The notes: a model not told the origin generated them from the letters alone. Positions 13,931 through 27,853 are shown, counted from the stretch's first letter. The stretch: 64,000 nucleotides of DNA from Marsupella aquatica (GCA_973895155.1 OZ316895.1:13503186-13567185), one strand, 5' to 3'. A program made the numbers and translations.

Positions 13931-15922
13931 TTTTGGTGCCTCGGAGTTATACCCCACGATTCAGCCTCAACCCCATGAGTTATACCCCAAAAGGTGAAGT
14001 CTAATCCACAGTAGAGTATGTTGCTAAACACAGGAGTAAGGTTAAGTCCATTCCACAGTACCCAAACACATGACTTACACCCTAAAAGGTAAGTCAGTTC
14101 TATGGTAAAGTATGTGGCTGAATAAGTGAGTAAGGTAGATTCCCTTTCAGAGTACAGTATGTCGTCAAACACATGAGTCACGCCCCCAAAGGTTAAGTCC
14201 CTACCACATTAGAGTGTGTCCCTGTTAACAGTTTAAATGATATGAGGGTGAGACTCAAATACTCTGTTACAGTGGTATGATGACTAATTGTGAAGTTAAA
14301 ACCGTTGTTAAGATATGTTTGCTGATTGCAAATTAAGAAACGTTTTGAAGGTAGTGTCTACTAATTGCCTACTTAACTCCTTTTTATAGTACCAATCATT
14401 AGTTTGTGTGACAGTGACTTCCATCACTACAATAGTAAAAAATTCTTGCATATGTTCTTAAACCACAAAGTCGACCCTACTTAAGAAACAGTAGGGTTAG
14501 GATTGAATTGATGCACACATAATAATAAAAATTACGCGAAAAACTGCATGGAAAGTGAGGACAGTCCAACACCCTATATTGCCTTATTCATCCAACAAGT
14601 TTTGTGACTCTATCTACGGACCCCCATGGGAAGTTCCTTTCAAAATTCCTGGAAGTTAGTGCACAGCCACATCAGCACTATTGGTCACAAACAAGAAAGA
14701 TTTGTTTCCCAAGAAGAACCAAGCCTATTTGTGTTTGAGGCAAAACAGTTCTATATTGTAACGTGTACAACAATGGAAAAACTGAATACCAACACTAATA
14801 TAAACAAAGAAAGGGATAAAAGAAAATAACCATTGAATGGGTTATGATTGGCATATTAGGGTTTTCTGCTAAATTGAATGTATTTTCTATTTCATTGACA
14901 AATTTTTGAAATAACCATGGGTAGAAAGAAACTCTTCAGCTACTGTAACATTTAGCAAAGAAACATAAGAAACCCTTTGGTTATTATGGATAGACAAATA
15001 CCAATGGAAATTAAGAAACCTTTTGGTTACTATGGACAGAGGAATAGCAAAGGAATGTAAAAACACCTTTGGCTTGTGTAACATTTTGCAGGTACTGTAT
15101 GGACATAGGAGTACCAAGCAAACCCTTTGCATGAGCTTTAACTGTCAAATGAATAATCTCCCTCCTCTCTTTTTTCCCTCATCTCCATATTCAAACCTAT
15201 TTCAGTATAAAACTCTTCATTGACTCTAACTCGTTGAATAACATCAAACTTACATAACCAAGGGGTCCTCTAGACAAACTAATTTATCTATATAGAGTAG
15301 TCAATATATGAAGTCTCCCAAGGAGTAATTGTTTCTAGTACAGGAAAAGATTTTCCCTTCAATGTGCATGTTTCATTTCGTACCTTTTAAGACCAGATAA
15401 TTTTACAACTCCCTCAAGAAAGTTCAAAACAAGCTTCTAATTCTCTTTTCATTATTTGGGAAAGTTTGGCAACCCTGTGAACAAAGTTAAAGTCACAATT
15501 CACAGACTTTCATGCCCCTCTAAATCTCGACCACAGTTTGAGTTCTCCTATTGAAGGAGAGCAGCTATGGACGTCCCATAGCCATAGCCACTGTTTGAAT
15601 CCACAATGTACATCACACAACCCTTAAACCAAAATGACATTTTGATATAAGTTACAAAATGTTAGCCACTGTCTATTTTATTTGCAAAAGTTTTCCTTAC
15701 TAGCCCCATGACCCATCCTTGAACGAAAATAGATCTAAAGAAAAATCTTGCACAATAAAATGTATATGCTATTTTAGTTAGTCTTTGCCCCATCCTTGTT
15801 TTTTGTCCATCCTCATTTCAGTTTTATCTTTATTTAGAGTCAATTTCACTTTTGTCCATCCTCCTTTAAAAGTTTGACCTTATTGGACCTCATTATCAGT
15901 TTTGTCTCTATTGGGAGTTATG

Positions 15923-15961
15923 GTCTAGAGGCTTCACTCTAGACTTAGGCCCTTAAGAGTA
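15923..15961. repeat. Dispersed hairpin-containing repeat, second copy at 45467-45505
   Basis: The 22-mer GTCTAGAG-GCTTCA-CTCTAGAC (8-bp perfect stem) is identical at 15923 and 45467. Both copies are followed by a similar GCCCTT[A/G]AGAGTA. Confidence 0.7.
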
Positions 15962-17676
15962 GGCTTCAATTGGCGCTTTTAGAGTAAGATATTGACATTC
16001 CTGCCCCTGCAATTATTTTTACTACCAAGCTTTCTCATGAAATTAGCTTACTAGTGTTAAACACTTGTAAGTAGTGTAATGATGCGTCCAACGCTAGTAG
16101 TGTGTTTTGAGAAACACAATTAGTAACTCTAAAACATTGATCGACCCGAAGTTTCAATGGCTATACAATTAGTCTTACTAAAGCTAATTGTGGTCTAAGT
16201 GGTGCCAACTGCGGTAAATGATGTAATACCTTGACAAATCAGGTGAGGGGTGGAAATGGGGTTCTAGTATTAATAATATTGTAAGCTAAATTGCACTTGG
16301 CATGTCCTTACCCTGTGAAGTGCATTTACAGTACAGGGCCACAGAGGTGTGGTGATGGTCACTGTTCTCTGGGCAATAAAGTACCAAAGTATGATCAGAT
16401 TCATAGAAAAACTAATTATTATTGAAAATTTCACTCCCTTAGAAAGTTTAGGTAGTGTTTGTGCAACTTGGAAAAAATTTACAATCTTAGCATTTTGATG
16501 TAAGACACTGATGTATCAGAGGATACCCTATACTCTAGAAAACATGAAACTCCTCTTAATGCCCTAATCCCCTCCTCCCCACTTGCCACCGCAGGCCTTG
16601 TATTGCTGCACCTTGCCCTGCAGGCCCTCCACCTTGCCCTGCCTTCACCCTGCCCTTGCCCTCCAGGGCTGATGCCTCCTTGGCGCTTGTTGTTGCCTCA
16701 CCCTCTATGCATGACGCCTTCCATTGCCTTGCCCTCTTGGGCGCCTCCCTTGCACAAGGAGGGAGAGGAGAGAAAGGGGAGGGGGAGGACAGGAGAAGGG
16801 TACAAGATTTTTTTGTGAAAACCTTCTCCTCCTTGTAGCGCTGTTGTTAGGAATTGACTTGAGTTGTTGTTTGGCCTTACTATGATTAGTTAACCCATGA
16901 TTACATTAGGATAAAATCTAAACTAAGCGGATTCTTCATGTGTACTCTCATATGCTATCAGATCCTACAGGAGTTTCTCCAGTTGTGGTGTCTTGTTTGT
17001 GTAGCGTGTGATCGAGAGTCTTTCTCATGTTCCACATTTGTTGTTGTCTAGTCTGAGCCGATGGTTTCTTACAACTAGCATTGCCCATTTCATGCTCCTC
17101 TGTGCCCTCCTGCGTCCTTGCTTGCCCCAACAACATCACTTTCACAACATTCAATAACATTAACCAAAATGACAATAGTAGCAACAACCACCCATCCCAA
17201 ATAACTACTTTTTCAAACCACAACATTATTGCACAGTTGAGGCAGCTGAAATAACAACACTTTTGCAACAAACACATGGCTGCAATGAAAACCCATATGA
17301 AACAACAATTGACTTCCACAACCACAACACAACCGCAATGATTAACCTGGCCACAACAACATACTTGCAATAATAACTGTAGATGTGCATTGGGCTCAAA
17401 ATATCACCTTGCCTCCACAATACATACGTGCCACAATGAATTCTTTGCCTCGAAGAGAGGTCATCCCTATGGTAAATTTACTTCACAGCCCCAACAAGTA
17501 ACATTTTGAGGGACTTTACTGCACGTAACTGTTAACTTGAACCTCTACTTAGCTTAACTGAACTCATGAGAACTATCCTTCCCTATCCACACAGAGGAAT
17601 TAGTCTCTTCAGTCTTTGCCTAAAGTGAGGTGGAATTCTTGTATATGAGTTTGCATTCTATCTTGCTTTAGTAGCC

Positions 17677-18010
17677 AAGGCAGTATCCATATATCACACT
17701 GCCAAAGGACAAAAGGTGCTAAACCCGGAGATGCAATCCCAAAGGCAAGAGACCCCACAATGGACCCAATAAAGGGGAGAGAACAAGGGAAAGTCCCCAG
17801 AAGACCGAAGAGCCAAGTAAAGCCTGAGAGTCTTAACAAAGGCAAAAAGAAAGGCAGTATCTATATATCACACATCCCAAGAACAAAAAGTGCTCAACCG
17901 GAAGAAGCTATCCCTAAGGCAAGAGATCCATAAAGGGGAGAAAACCAGTGGAATCATGGGAAAAGCCAAAGTGCCAAGTAGAGCCGAGAGTCCCAAGAAA
18001 GGCAAAAAGA
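17677..18010. repeat. Diverged tandem duplication, ~174-bp period
   Basis: AAGGCAGTATC..ATCACAC..CAAAAGGTGCT..CCC.AAGGCAAGAGA.CC..AAAGGGGAGA..GAGAGTC..AAAGGCAAAAAGAA starts at 17677 and again at 17851. Confidence 0.75.
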
Positions 18011-18415
18011 ACTAAAATACTGCTAAGTAGCAAACTAAACCCCTACTGGGCAGCAGTTGAAAAGCCTGGTCTGAAGATAACATGAATGTTAGCTGGGTCA
18101 GGTATGATGTGTATAGTCCTCCAGTAGCTCCTCTGCAGCTGCATTCTGTCCTCAGGTGATCTTTCCAGAGAGCTACAGTACCGTAGGAGTGAGATACGCA
18201 CCCTGCACGGGGAAGGGAGGGAGGTAGGGAGGGAGCGAGTCTGTGGCAAAGCTTTGCATCGATGCCATGAAGCTTTGAGATTGATTTCTTTGGTGAAACT
18301 GTTTGCCTTTAATAATTGCCCTCTCTCGTCCTCCTTCTTTCTATCAACGTTCACATCACAGGACAGCGTTGTCGATTCCCCAGCCACAAGTGTGGTGTAG
18401 AGCAGAGCTGAAGCC

Positions 18416-21400
18416 ATGGTGGTGGCAGCCCAATTCTGTGTTCTCCAATGTGGGCGTGGAGGAGTAGCAGCAGAATTAGAAGGTGCTGTGCCCAGCAGCA
18501 GCAGCGCTTCGTTTGTCTCCTCCTCCTCTCTCTCCTGGATCCGATTCCACGGCGACAGGGCGCAATTTCTGCCGAGGACCACCTGCCGAGGAGTTGCTGC
18601 AGCACCCAGCAGAGGCCGTCTGAGAATCGACTGCGTGGGATGGGTATGTCGCCATATCCCTGTAGTTTGGGCTCCTGAATTGTCCTGTCCGCTCTACAAA
18701 TGGAAAATTTGTTATATAAATGGAAAATCTGCTGCTAAGCGTTCCCCCTGTGTATTCTAGAATCGCAAGGGGCTGAAATGTAACGCAATGCAACGAATTC
18801 TTGTTGCATTGTGTGCTGGTCTCCTGTTTTCCCGGTATTTTTTACTGAATTTGTGGCCATCGATGGTCCCTATATCAGTGTTGTCCCTTAGAACTGCAAA
18901 TCTCCTTCATTTGAACACTCCTTGGACTTCATTTATATGGGCTTGACCGGCATATCTACTCATACTCCTACATTTGCTGTGGGCTATCGCTGCCGTAGTG
19001 CTAAACCTTGCGTTTATAGTTCATCCAGTCGTTCTCTCCTTGTGCCGATGGAATTAGGGGTTATTTATTCTTATCATTGTGCTGTAGTTGGGTTTAAGCT
19101 CCATATGAAAGCTAGTTTATCAGGAGATCTGCGACGGCTGTACCGGTGTCACATAGAGAGGGACAAGTGTACCCTCTTCTACCTTCAGTGCAGAAGTTCA
19201 CCACCTCTTCCTGGACGCCAACCATTCACTCCGTTTTTGGTCTCATCTGGAATTCAGTCGATTACTTCGTTGTACATCCTTTGGTAAAGGTTGGCACCTC
19301 AGGTGCCCACCTCTGAAGCTAGCTGTGCACTCTGGAACACGCATCGAATCTTCGGACTAGCCCTGTTAGGTATCAAGGATCCAAATCCCTTGTAATGGAC
19401 TGCCAGTTGCATATCCGATCATGCTTAGTTGGTGACCTTCGCAAGCTCCTTTCAGAACTCCGTTTGATTTTTTTTTGGATATTCCTATCTATGTTATGTG
19501 TGTTCTATTGTCCGGTAGTTGGATTTGTCATACGTCCTTATCAGATTCTCAGAAAGTCATGTGTGAGCTAAGTGAGGTAATGTATGAGTGATATCCTTTC
19601 CTGCTTGAGCTGCAGGACCCAGAGAATATTTTAGCCCCACCACAGCCTGGACATATATCCAGACGAAGTTTTGAGAAGAAATACCAGAATGAGGCGGAGC
19701 GTAAGATTGCCATGGAAGAGGCAGCCCATGAAGAACGCTTGAAACTAAGAGCGGCTAGAGAGGTACATGCGAAAAACTCCAGATCCTCCTCACATAGAGG
19801 GATGTGAGGAATGAATTGTCAAAAGCGACCTAGTCACATGTGTGAAAACTGCGCGAGAAACATCTAGCACCATTCATCATCGACACCAGACTAACATGGG
19901 TTCTATCAACATCAACAGGTTGTCCCATGGCAGTCTAATAGGCTAAGTTATAGGGGCATTTTCGATGAAAACTAATTTAACTACCAAAAATATGATTCAT
20001 AGGTAAGAATTCAACTCCAGACTGGTACAGTAAAAATGTCCATAAGCAGTCTATCTTGATCTGCAGCTCAAAATCGAGACCGTGATTAAATCTGAGACTT
20101 AATAAAAGAAGGGCTGTACATCATCTTTGGAGCAACAGGTAGCTTGATTCTTAGCATTGTGATAGCATCTGTTTACATGATTTCCTCTCCCCGTCAAGTC
20201 TGCTCTAGGATCACTTATTTTAGGTGTCATGGAGCGAGATAGATTTGAATTTTTTCAGGCTTGGCAGAGATTGACGTTCGCTTCGGGCCAAATGAATCGG
20301 CCCATGGCCATGAGTGCAGGCTCGCGTTGTTCCAGTAACGAATACAGGTCTAGTGGAGTTTTTCTTGGAAACCGATAAGCGCGAGATTGAATATGAGATC
20401 GCTCGATGCAGACCCAGGTGAGTAAAGTTGAGGCAGCAAGGTTTCGTTCAGTAATGGCCAACCTCACCCATGACTTTGACGCCTAAAATACTTGATTTTC
20501 CCTGACACTGTTCTCTCAACCACTGACGACGCCAGATTTAGAGTGTATATTCCACTTTGAATATATCTTGAAGAACGTTTTATCACAATGGCACAGTGAG
20601 GAAAGGTAATCAAGGTAGACGGGTCCTTAAAAGTTCTTTTTCAACTTACGATATTTGGGTTACACATCAATCAAGGAGTCATTGCTCAAAGAGTCTCACC
20701 TCACTAGGAAATTTGTTGGTATTATTTGTCTCTCCCAAACTATGGAATCTATTGTAGTTTTAAGGTGGATGACGCAAAAGGTGCTTAAAACTTGTCCAGA
20801 ATATGATATGGTTGAGAAGGATCGTTTGAGGGCATGGCTCACAACAAATTGTGCTATTTTTTGTTTTCAGTGTACAGCAAATGTAGTGGTTAAATTCTAA
20901 GTTTACTCTTGGTTTTCTCCAGACTGGACGAGATTTTCTTTAGCTTCCTAAGATCTGAAATAGGCCTCTTACGCTTTGGGGTCAATCCGGCGCAGGTTGG
21001 TTCCTAGCTGGAATTTATATCTCTTGTGGTCCATTGTGGAGGGGTTTCTGCATGTCATAGAAATGAGCTTATGGGCCGTCTGTTCTAGACTTCTTTGTCC
21101 CAGGTTTTCCCCTTATTTGATCGGAGGTTACCTTTGACTAAAAAGCTGAGTCGTTCTGTATTGGGTAATGACAACTCATCTCCATATGTTTAACTGTGTA
21201 TGCAATGAAGTCCAGTGAAGACTTTACCTGAGAAATTCGTGTTGAAGTCGACGATATATTCTCAAGGAGAGGCATCAGTTTGGAACCAGTGAAACTTCTG
21301 ATTTAGTTGTGTCTCTTGCTGTCTATTAGGGATCAGAAGACAGACTGGTGGAGCTCGAACAACTGCAAGAGTTGCTGACGCAAGGCGTTGGTAAGCCTCT

Positions 21401-22147
21401 GAACTGTTGTCGGGGTCTGCTGGAACTGCCTTCCAAACAGTAAGATTTTGTGCAGAGAATATTTCATAATATGGATTGATGCAACGTGGGAGTAACAATA
21501 GGTATGGATACCTGGTGATGCAGAAGCTTACGACAAATTGGCAGCAGATTTTACCGGTGCAAAGGAAGGATTGACGAGAATTCTGTCTTCCAAAGATAAG
21601 CGAGCGACTGTAAGTATTTGTATCATATGAAGTTATGAAGTAGTTCATGCCGGACAAGTCAAACGTAAACACTTCTATGTAATTAAACTGTGCAATGGTT
21701 GAGACCTTCTGCCTTATGTTGTTGCAGCTCTTGGAAATGGCTGGAGAGAATCAATTGAATATGCCTCTACTTGCCCTTCTGGATGAGAATATTGCTGCTG
21801 CTAGTGGTGCTGGCCAGGTACATACACTCGGGTCATCTGTTGTTCCAATTAGGTCTTTTAGCTGTGTTTGCAAAACCGCGGGTACAGTTCTTGCTCTGCT
21901 GGGATTAAGTGCAGCGCAAATCCTTTCCTTAGACACTGTTTAGAGACAATCATAAAATCTCTTTATATGAAGGTGGTGGTGTTTCGCCAGAGGCTCTATT
22001 TTATTGAATCCTGGCAAGAATTCCGCCCTGCTCTATGGCTCTTGGATATCCAAGTCTGATCATCTGCCTTGTTGTGGCATGCAGAAGGAAGCTGTCGAGT
22101 TCATGAGCAAAATTAGGGGTGGAATTTTGAAATACATGACCGTCTGA
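18416..22147 (+). CDS. Conserved plant plastid-targeted coiled-coil protein of unknown function
   Basis: Exons 18416-18643, 19616-19762, 20320-20417, 20923-20995, 21330-21390, 21524-21609, 21728-21817 and 22085-22147 have GT-AG boundaries and join in frame. A Ser/Arg-rich transit-peptide-like N-terminus is followed by CVGWDPENILAPPQPGHISRR...EIEYEIARCRPRLDEIFF...EDRLVELEQLQ...EAYDKL...LLALLDENIAAA...EFMSKIRGGILKYMTV*. This matches a conserved green-plant family as I recall it; no gene symbol is assigned. Confidence 0.9.
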
Positions 22148-24998
22148 TTCGATATGCTTGATGTATTAGGTACACAAATGATTCTGTCAATTTTAGGTTA
22201 ATTGATTAGAGATCTCCTTGATTTAGTGCTTAGACATCAAGGACACTCTAATGGCATTGAACCTTGACATCTAGAGTGACGAATCAAACAGTTTAGTAAG
22301 AGGAGAATCTTGTAGTTAGAAGAATTGCGAGATCTAGACACAGAGAGAGTAGCAATGGACCTTACTGTAAAGTGTCCTCGGATTGTGGACATTCCTTGTC
22401 AAGGTGTATATCAGTTTTTCCTGTCATCTTCAACGAATTGCGTTTGAAGTCATTCCAATGTCTTGTTCCCGAAAATTACTCCGTTTCTACTTCATTCGAG
22501 AAATCCATATTGTATAGATCAATACAGTGAAACGTCGTAGTTGGGTTGTCGCACTGGAGCTGGGCCTTGATCTAGAAGGTAGTTACCCCTTGCATAGCCT
22601 GGAGAGATTCTCATCCCCCAAAGCATGTGGTGTCTGGTTTTGTGAGACCCGTTTAAGTATCTTAGGTTGGAAGACTCTCTTAGTTTAATGTGATCCATGC
22701 CTCGAAACGACATCCATTACCTTCAGCCAAGACTAGATCCCATTTTAGCTGTCAATGTTGGAAGTCAGTTGGATCCCCGACAAATCCATCATAAGAGGTA
22801 AGAGAGGAAAAAGAAGCCCCAATCTTTCAACAGCTCCTTCTCTTTGTATATGGGCCCATCGATCAGCATGCAATCACGAACGTGTGAAGAGCTGATTAGC
22901 TCCTCCTCCCTATGAATATTGCCAAGATATATTCCGTAAAAAGGCCCGAGCTGTGGTAGCCTCTACAAGAATACCATGCTTACTAAGATGGTCCAATGAT
23001 GCGTGTCAAGAGTCACAGACAGGTCACAGTTAGGGCTTCCATGTTATCTTCAGCTAAGCCCTCCACATATCCAAACGTGGAGAAATTGTGTATGCTCTGT
23101 TTTCAATAAGGTTGCACCAGTTACAGTTCAAGCTGCCTCACGAGTTAGAAGTACAGCAACTGGGAAACTTTAGGTTTCAAGAGCTGGGACATTGACCAAC
23201 TCCAATATCTACAAGGACCGTTTATGGATAAAGTATGGTTCCAATAGGAAATAAATGCACCACATGGGATGTGGAGGATACAAAACCAAGCAAAATTCAC
23301 CACAAAACCTGTCATGATCTCACGAATTGGTGAATTAGCTCTTTTCCTCGTAAGCTCCCCTTTGCTTTCCCCCCTTTATCCTTGTGTCCTCCTACTTAAC
23401 CTTATTTCCTCCATCACCTTGCTGGGGTTCCTCTCAATACGGAAGCTGTTCTCGTTCGTTAATAACCCCGCCTCACTTTCTTGCAGCCCCGCAGACGTTT
23501 TCCCCAACCATGTTGATTTTCCTCTGAAAACTCTTACTCTTTCTCTGAACTGCGGTGGAGCCCAGGATTTTTCTCTTTGATTATCACCCCTGCAGCACAT
23601 TTGGGGAATCGCAAACATTATATTCATCATTGTTGAAATCTTGGCCTTCAGCGCCTTTCCCCCCAAAAAACAAACTCATAAATCGTTTGTCCTCTTTCGC
23701 TCAACCTCTTGATCACTGCAGCTCTCGCGTGATGAATCTGAGTGACCTCTATTGAACCCAGAGAATGGAAGCAAATGTAACGTGGGTGCCGTCACCCAAA
23801 AAAAATTGAAACGTAGCTGGGCGAATGAATTGTGTCGGATAATGAAGTTCAGAAAGCTTAAGTTCATCCAGAGAAGCTCATCATCTCTGTAGCTGGCGCT
23901 GGTTTGCAGGCTGGATGCACTCGATCCCCGAATACGATATGCACAAGGTAATGAAGAGTGTAGTGAGGACAGCACTTTTATGTCCATGATCCCGTGATCT
24001 GCTGCTGTTAATCCTGCAATGAAGTACAGTCCTGCCGCCTGTCACACACGGAGCAGGCAAAACTCACTATTCTAGTACTGTACAACGTCTTCACCAAATT
24101 CCAGCTTCTGTACTCCAGATGGGCGGTTCACATCGCTCTCACCACCATCGAAGGGCCAGCTCACAACAGCAATTGTTCATCCTGGCTCGACAGTCGTTAT
24201 CAAGTCGTTATCGAGTCGTGGAGAGCACATTGCGTTTGTCTGGCTCTGCCCCTCCAAGGCCAGTAGTACCGGAACCCAAAGCCCTCAAACATATGCAAAT
24301 GTTGAATTTCAGGGTCTTGCTGTGTCCTGCAAGGCAATTTTAGTCTCGCTTCATACAAATCCTCGTTTGAGACATAAATTATCAAAGTTGTTGTTAACTC
24401 TTGTTACAGGAATTTCAATTTCTGTCTTAGATTGAAAAACTCTCAGATAATTTGAGTAAAATCAAGGATGAGTCAATCTAATTACCAGCAAATGTATCTC
24501 TATGAGTTTCCTTTCGATCTCAGATCTGGACCGTTGACAGACCTCAGGGGGTAGATCAAGTAACAAGTTTCATTCTGGGAGTTGATCAAGCAAATACATC
24601 CTTCACAGCCTTTCCCAATTCCAAAACGATGATTTAGGAAACAAGATATTTATGTAACCCATAGTGATGGACCTCGTCACCCAGCGCCCTCACCAATCCC
24701 AGCACTTGCGCCTAAGTGCCCTTGATGCCCGAACGTCTCCACGGAATACCTCGAGCAAGCATGCAAGTACCTCTAGCACCACCTGCGGCCCCTCCCATAC
24801 GAAGCCGCACTTGCTTACCTACACGACCGCTACTCAATGGTCCTCACTATCTACACAAGCAACCAAGCACCTCGGTAAGTAACCCCACCGGATCTAGAAC
24901 TCGCCAAGTCTAGCACCCTAACTCAAGCTCAACAGATGTTGGTAAATAGGTCAGCGATAGGTCCTCCCGATGCCATAAGCCGGAACCAAAACCCACGC

Positions 24999-26484
24999 AG
25001 TCGCGGAACTCGACTACCTTAAGTAACACTTAGCTCCGGCGTCGCTGACTCCGACGCCGAGCTCCCTTATGGTCCAGGCCCGGATAGGCCATCCAGGGAG
25101 GACTTAGCATGGGGAGACTTGTGGGCAATGAGACGTGGCACTAGCGAGGCAAGGGGCCAAGTTGGGGACACACACTAAGGACTTGGACTAGCCTATGGCT
25201 GGTTAGGTCAAGGGGAAATGGGCCGGGCTCAAGGGTGGCCGTCCTATCGAATGGGCTTTGAGTTATGAGGGCTTGGGAGTGAGCTCCTCTTGGGCCCAAG
25301 GCCAATGGAGTTGACGCCATTGGCAACAGACGCTTGGGGCGCAAGTTGTGGCCCGATCCGGGTTGGGCCGGTCGGGGGCCCCGAGCGGCGATCAGACCCG
25401 AGGGCCTAGGCATGAGCACTGGGTCGGCCCGGTCACAACGGGCTAAGGCACTCCGCTTGCGGATGCCTGTCAAGAAAGTTATGAGCGTTGCCAGTTGGTG
25501 GCGCGCCCATTGTGCGCGATGGGATCCGGGTTGGGGGCCAAATGTTAGGGACCAAAGCTGGTCCGGGGGTGGCAGGTCTCGAGAAGCATATATGAGGGGA
25601 GTGGTGTCTCCCTGGGGGCTAAGGGCGAGCCGAAGTCATGAGCCGCGGCGGTCGCAACAATAAGGGAAACCGCCAAACGGAAATGGCGATATCTTCCCAA
25701 CGGGAAGTCCGTTGGAGGACTTCTTAGGTGCGTTGGAAAGCTCTTGAGGAGGGCTCCTGAGCTCAGCTAGGTCTGGGGGTGCCATGGGTTCTCGTGGTTT
25801 GCGGGTGTTAGCTCACCCATTTGCCAAATCCTGCCGAACAGCAGCCAAGCCGCGTTCAGCCTCCTAAGGGAACTTGCGTTGGGGAGGCAAGGCCAAGTAG
25901 GTATGGAGGCTGAGTCCCAAGGGCGCTCAGTCCTTAGACCATCAGTGGGGCAAACCGGGAGTCGGTGTTAGAGTCGGGGCCGTTCTAGTCCCGGCGTGTT
26001 GAGACAAGCTTGGGACAAGCTTTAGGACCAGCGACGCTACTTGGGCCATGAGCATGTTCTGAGGTCAGGGCGGTCAGTTGGTGATGGATAGGTACGAGGG
26101 GGAACCCGGGCCGCGCCCAAGAAAGGAGCTGTCTTGGACGGACAGTGGGTGTGGGTTCTGGTTCCGGCTTATGGCATCGGGAGGACCTATCGCTGACCTA
26201 TTTACCAACGTCTCTTGAGCTTGAGTTAGGATGCTAGACTTGGCGAGTTCTAGATCCGGTGGGGTTACTTACCGAGGTGCTTGGGTGTTTGTGCAGACAG
26301 TGAGGACCGTTGAGTAGCGGTCGTGTAGGTGAGCAAGTGCAGCTTCGTATGGGAGTGGCCGCGGGTGCTGCTAGAGGCATTTGGATGCTTGCTCAAGGTA
26401 TTCCGTGGAGGCGTTCGGGCATCAAGGGCACTTAGGCGCAAGTGCTGGGATTGGTGAGGGCGCTGGGTGGCGAGGTCCACCACT
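24999..26484 (+). mobile_element. Inner copy (1486 bp) of the same AGT...ACT element, inserted in opposite orientation into the outer copy
   Basis: Begins AGTCGCGGAACTCG and ends CGAGGTCCACCACT, with 5-bp TSD CACGC at 24994-24998 and 26485-26489. It is a reverse-complement match to the outer copy throughout (ORF pairs 24664+/26265- and 25334+/26971-). TATA-like GCATATATGAG at ~25587. Confidence 0.88.
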
Positions 26485-27551
26485 CACGCCCACTGTCCGT
26501 CCAAGACAGCTCCTTCCTTGGGCGCGGCCCGGGTTCCCCCTTGTACCTATCCATCACCAACTGACCGCCCTGACCTCAGGACATGCTCATGGCCCGAATA
26601 GCGTAGCTTGTCCTAAAGCTTGTCCCAACACGCCGGGACCAGAACGGCCCTGACTCTAACAACCGCTCCCGGTTCTCCCCATTGATGGTCTAGGGACCGA
26701 ACGCCCTCAGGACTTAGCCTCCCTACCTACTTGGCCTTGTCTCCCCAACGCAAGCTCCCTTGGGAGGCTGAACGGGGCTTGGCTGTTGTTCGACAGGATT
26801 TGGCAAGCGGGCGAGCTAACAACCGCAAACCACGAGAACCCATGGCACCCCCGGACCCATCTGAGCACAGGAGGGTGTAGCCCTCCTCAAGAGCTTTCCA
26901 ACGAACCCAAGAAGTCTTCCAACGGACTTCCTGTTGGGAAGATATCGCCATTTCTGTTTGACGGTTTCCCTTAGTGTCGCGACCGTCGCGGCTCACGACT
27001 TCGGCTTGCCCTTAGCCCCCAGGGAGACACCACTCCCCTCATATATGCTTCTGGAGACCTGACACCCCCGGACCAGCTTTGGTCCCTAACATTTGGCCCC
27101 CAACCCGGATCCCATCGAGCATAATGGACGCGCCACCAACTGGCAACGCCCATAACTTTCTTGATAGGCATCCGCAAGTGGAGTGCCTTAGCCCGTTGTG
27201 ACCGGGCCGACCCTGTGCTCATGCCTAGGCCCTCAGGTCTGATCGCCGTTCGGGGCCCCCGACCGGCCCAACCCGGATCGGGCCACAACTTGCGCCCCAA
27301 GCGTCCGTTGCCAATGGCGTCAACTCCATTGGCCTTGGGCCCAAGAGGAGCTCACTCCCAAGCCCTCAGAACTCAAAGTCCATCCGACAGTCCGGACGGT
27401 CCGGACGGCCATCCTTGAGCCCGGTCCATTTCCCCTTGACCCGACCAGCCATAGGCTAGTCCAAGTCCTTAGTGTGTGTTCCCAGCTTGGCCCCTTGCCT
27501 CGCCAGTGCCACGTCTCATTGCCCCCAAGTCTCCCCATGCTAAGTCCTCCC

Positions 27552-27853
27552 TGTTGAACTAAGACGTCATTCGCAACGACCATACAACCATGACTTATTC
27601 CATGCACACGTAGTCGACACAATCTCTACGTGGTTCACCTCTTCTCCAAGGCTACGTCCACACGAACACACATGCTCTCCCTCTTCCTCAAGTTGCTCCG
27701 TTATATTGAGTAAGCACCACACACCAGCGGCTTACACTAGCCTTGGTATATACAAGGTCATACACGACTAACCTAACCTCAGCTAAGACGCTAACTGTGG
27801 TTAGCCTAAGTGCTGTAACCTTTGAGTCACAAGACTAAGAGAAATCCTTAACA
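27552..27853 (-). repeat. Copia 3' LTR (302 bp)
   Basis: TGTTGAACT...CCTTAACA, near-identical to 34160-34483. Confidence 0.95.

Noticed and set aside
18043-18793. Minus-strand ORFs overlapping exon 1 of the plastid protein gene
   Set aside because: Antisense shadows of a GC-rich first exon.
22500-23700. Possible LINE remnant on the minus strand (ERVRVFRGKS resembles the L1 ERNxRVF motif)
   Set aside because: Only one short motif and no alignable RT or CCHC block; too weak to call.
24663-27551. DIRS/Ngaro split repeats, Penelope pseudo-LTRs or a retrozyme as the explanation of the A-B-a-b layout
   Set aside because: Two independent 5-bp TSDs and the retained empty site explain it as a simple nested insertion. 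I saw no hammerhead core (CUGAnGA...GAAA), RT or YR in it.
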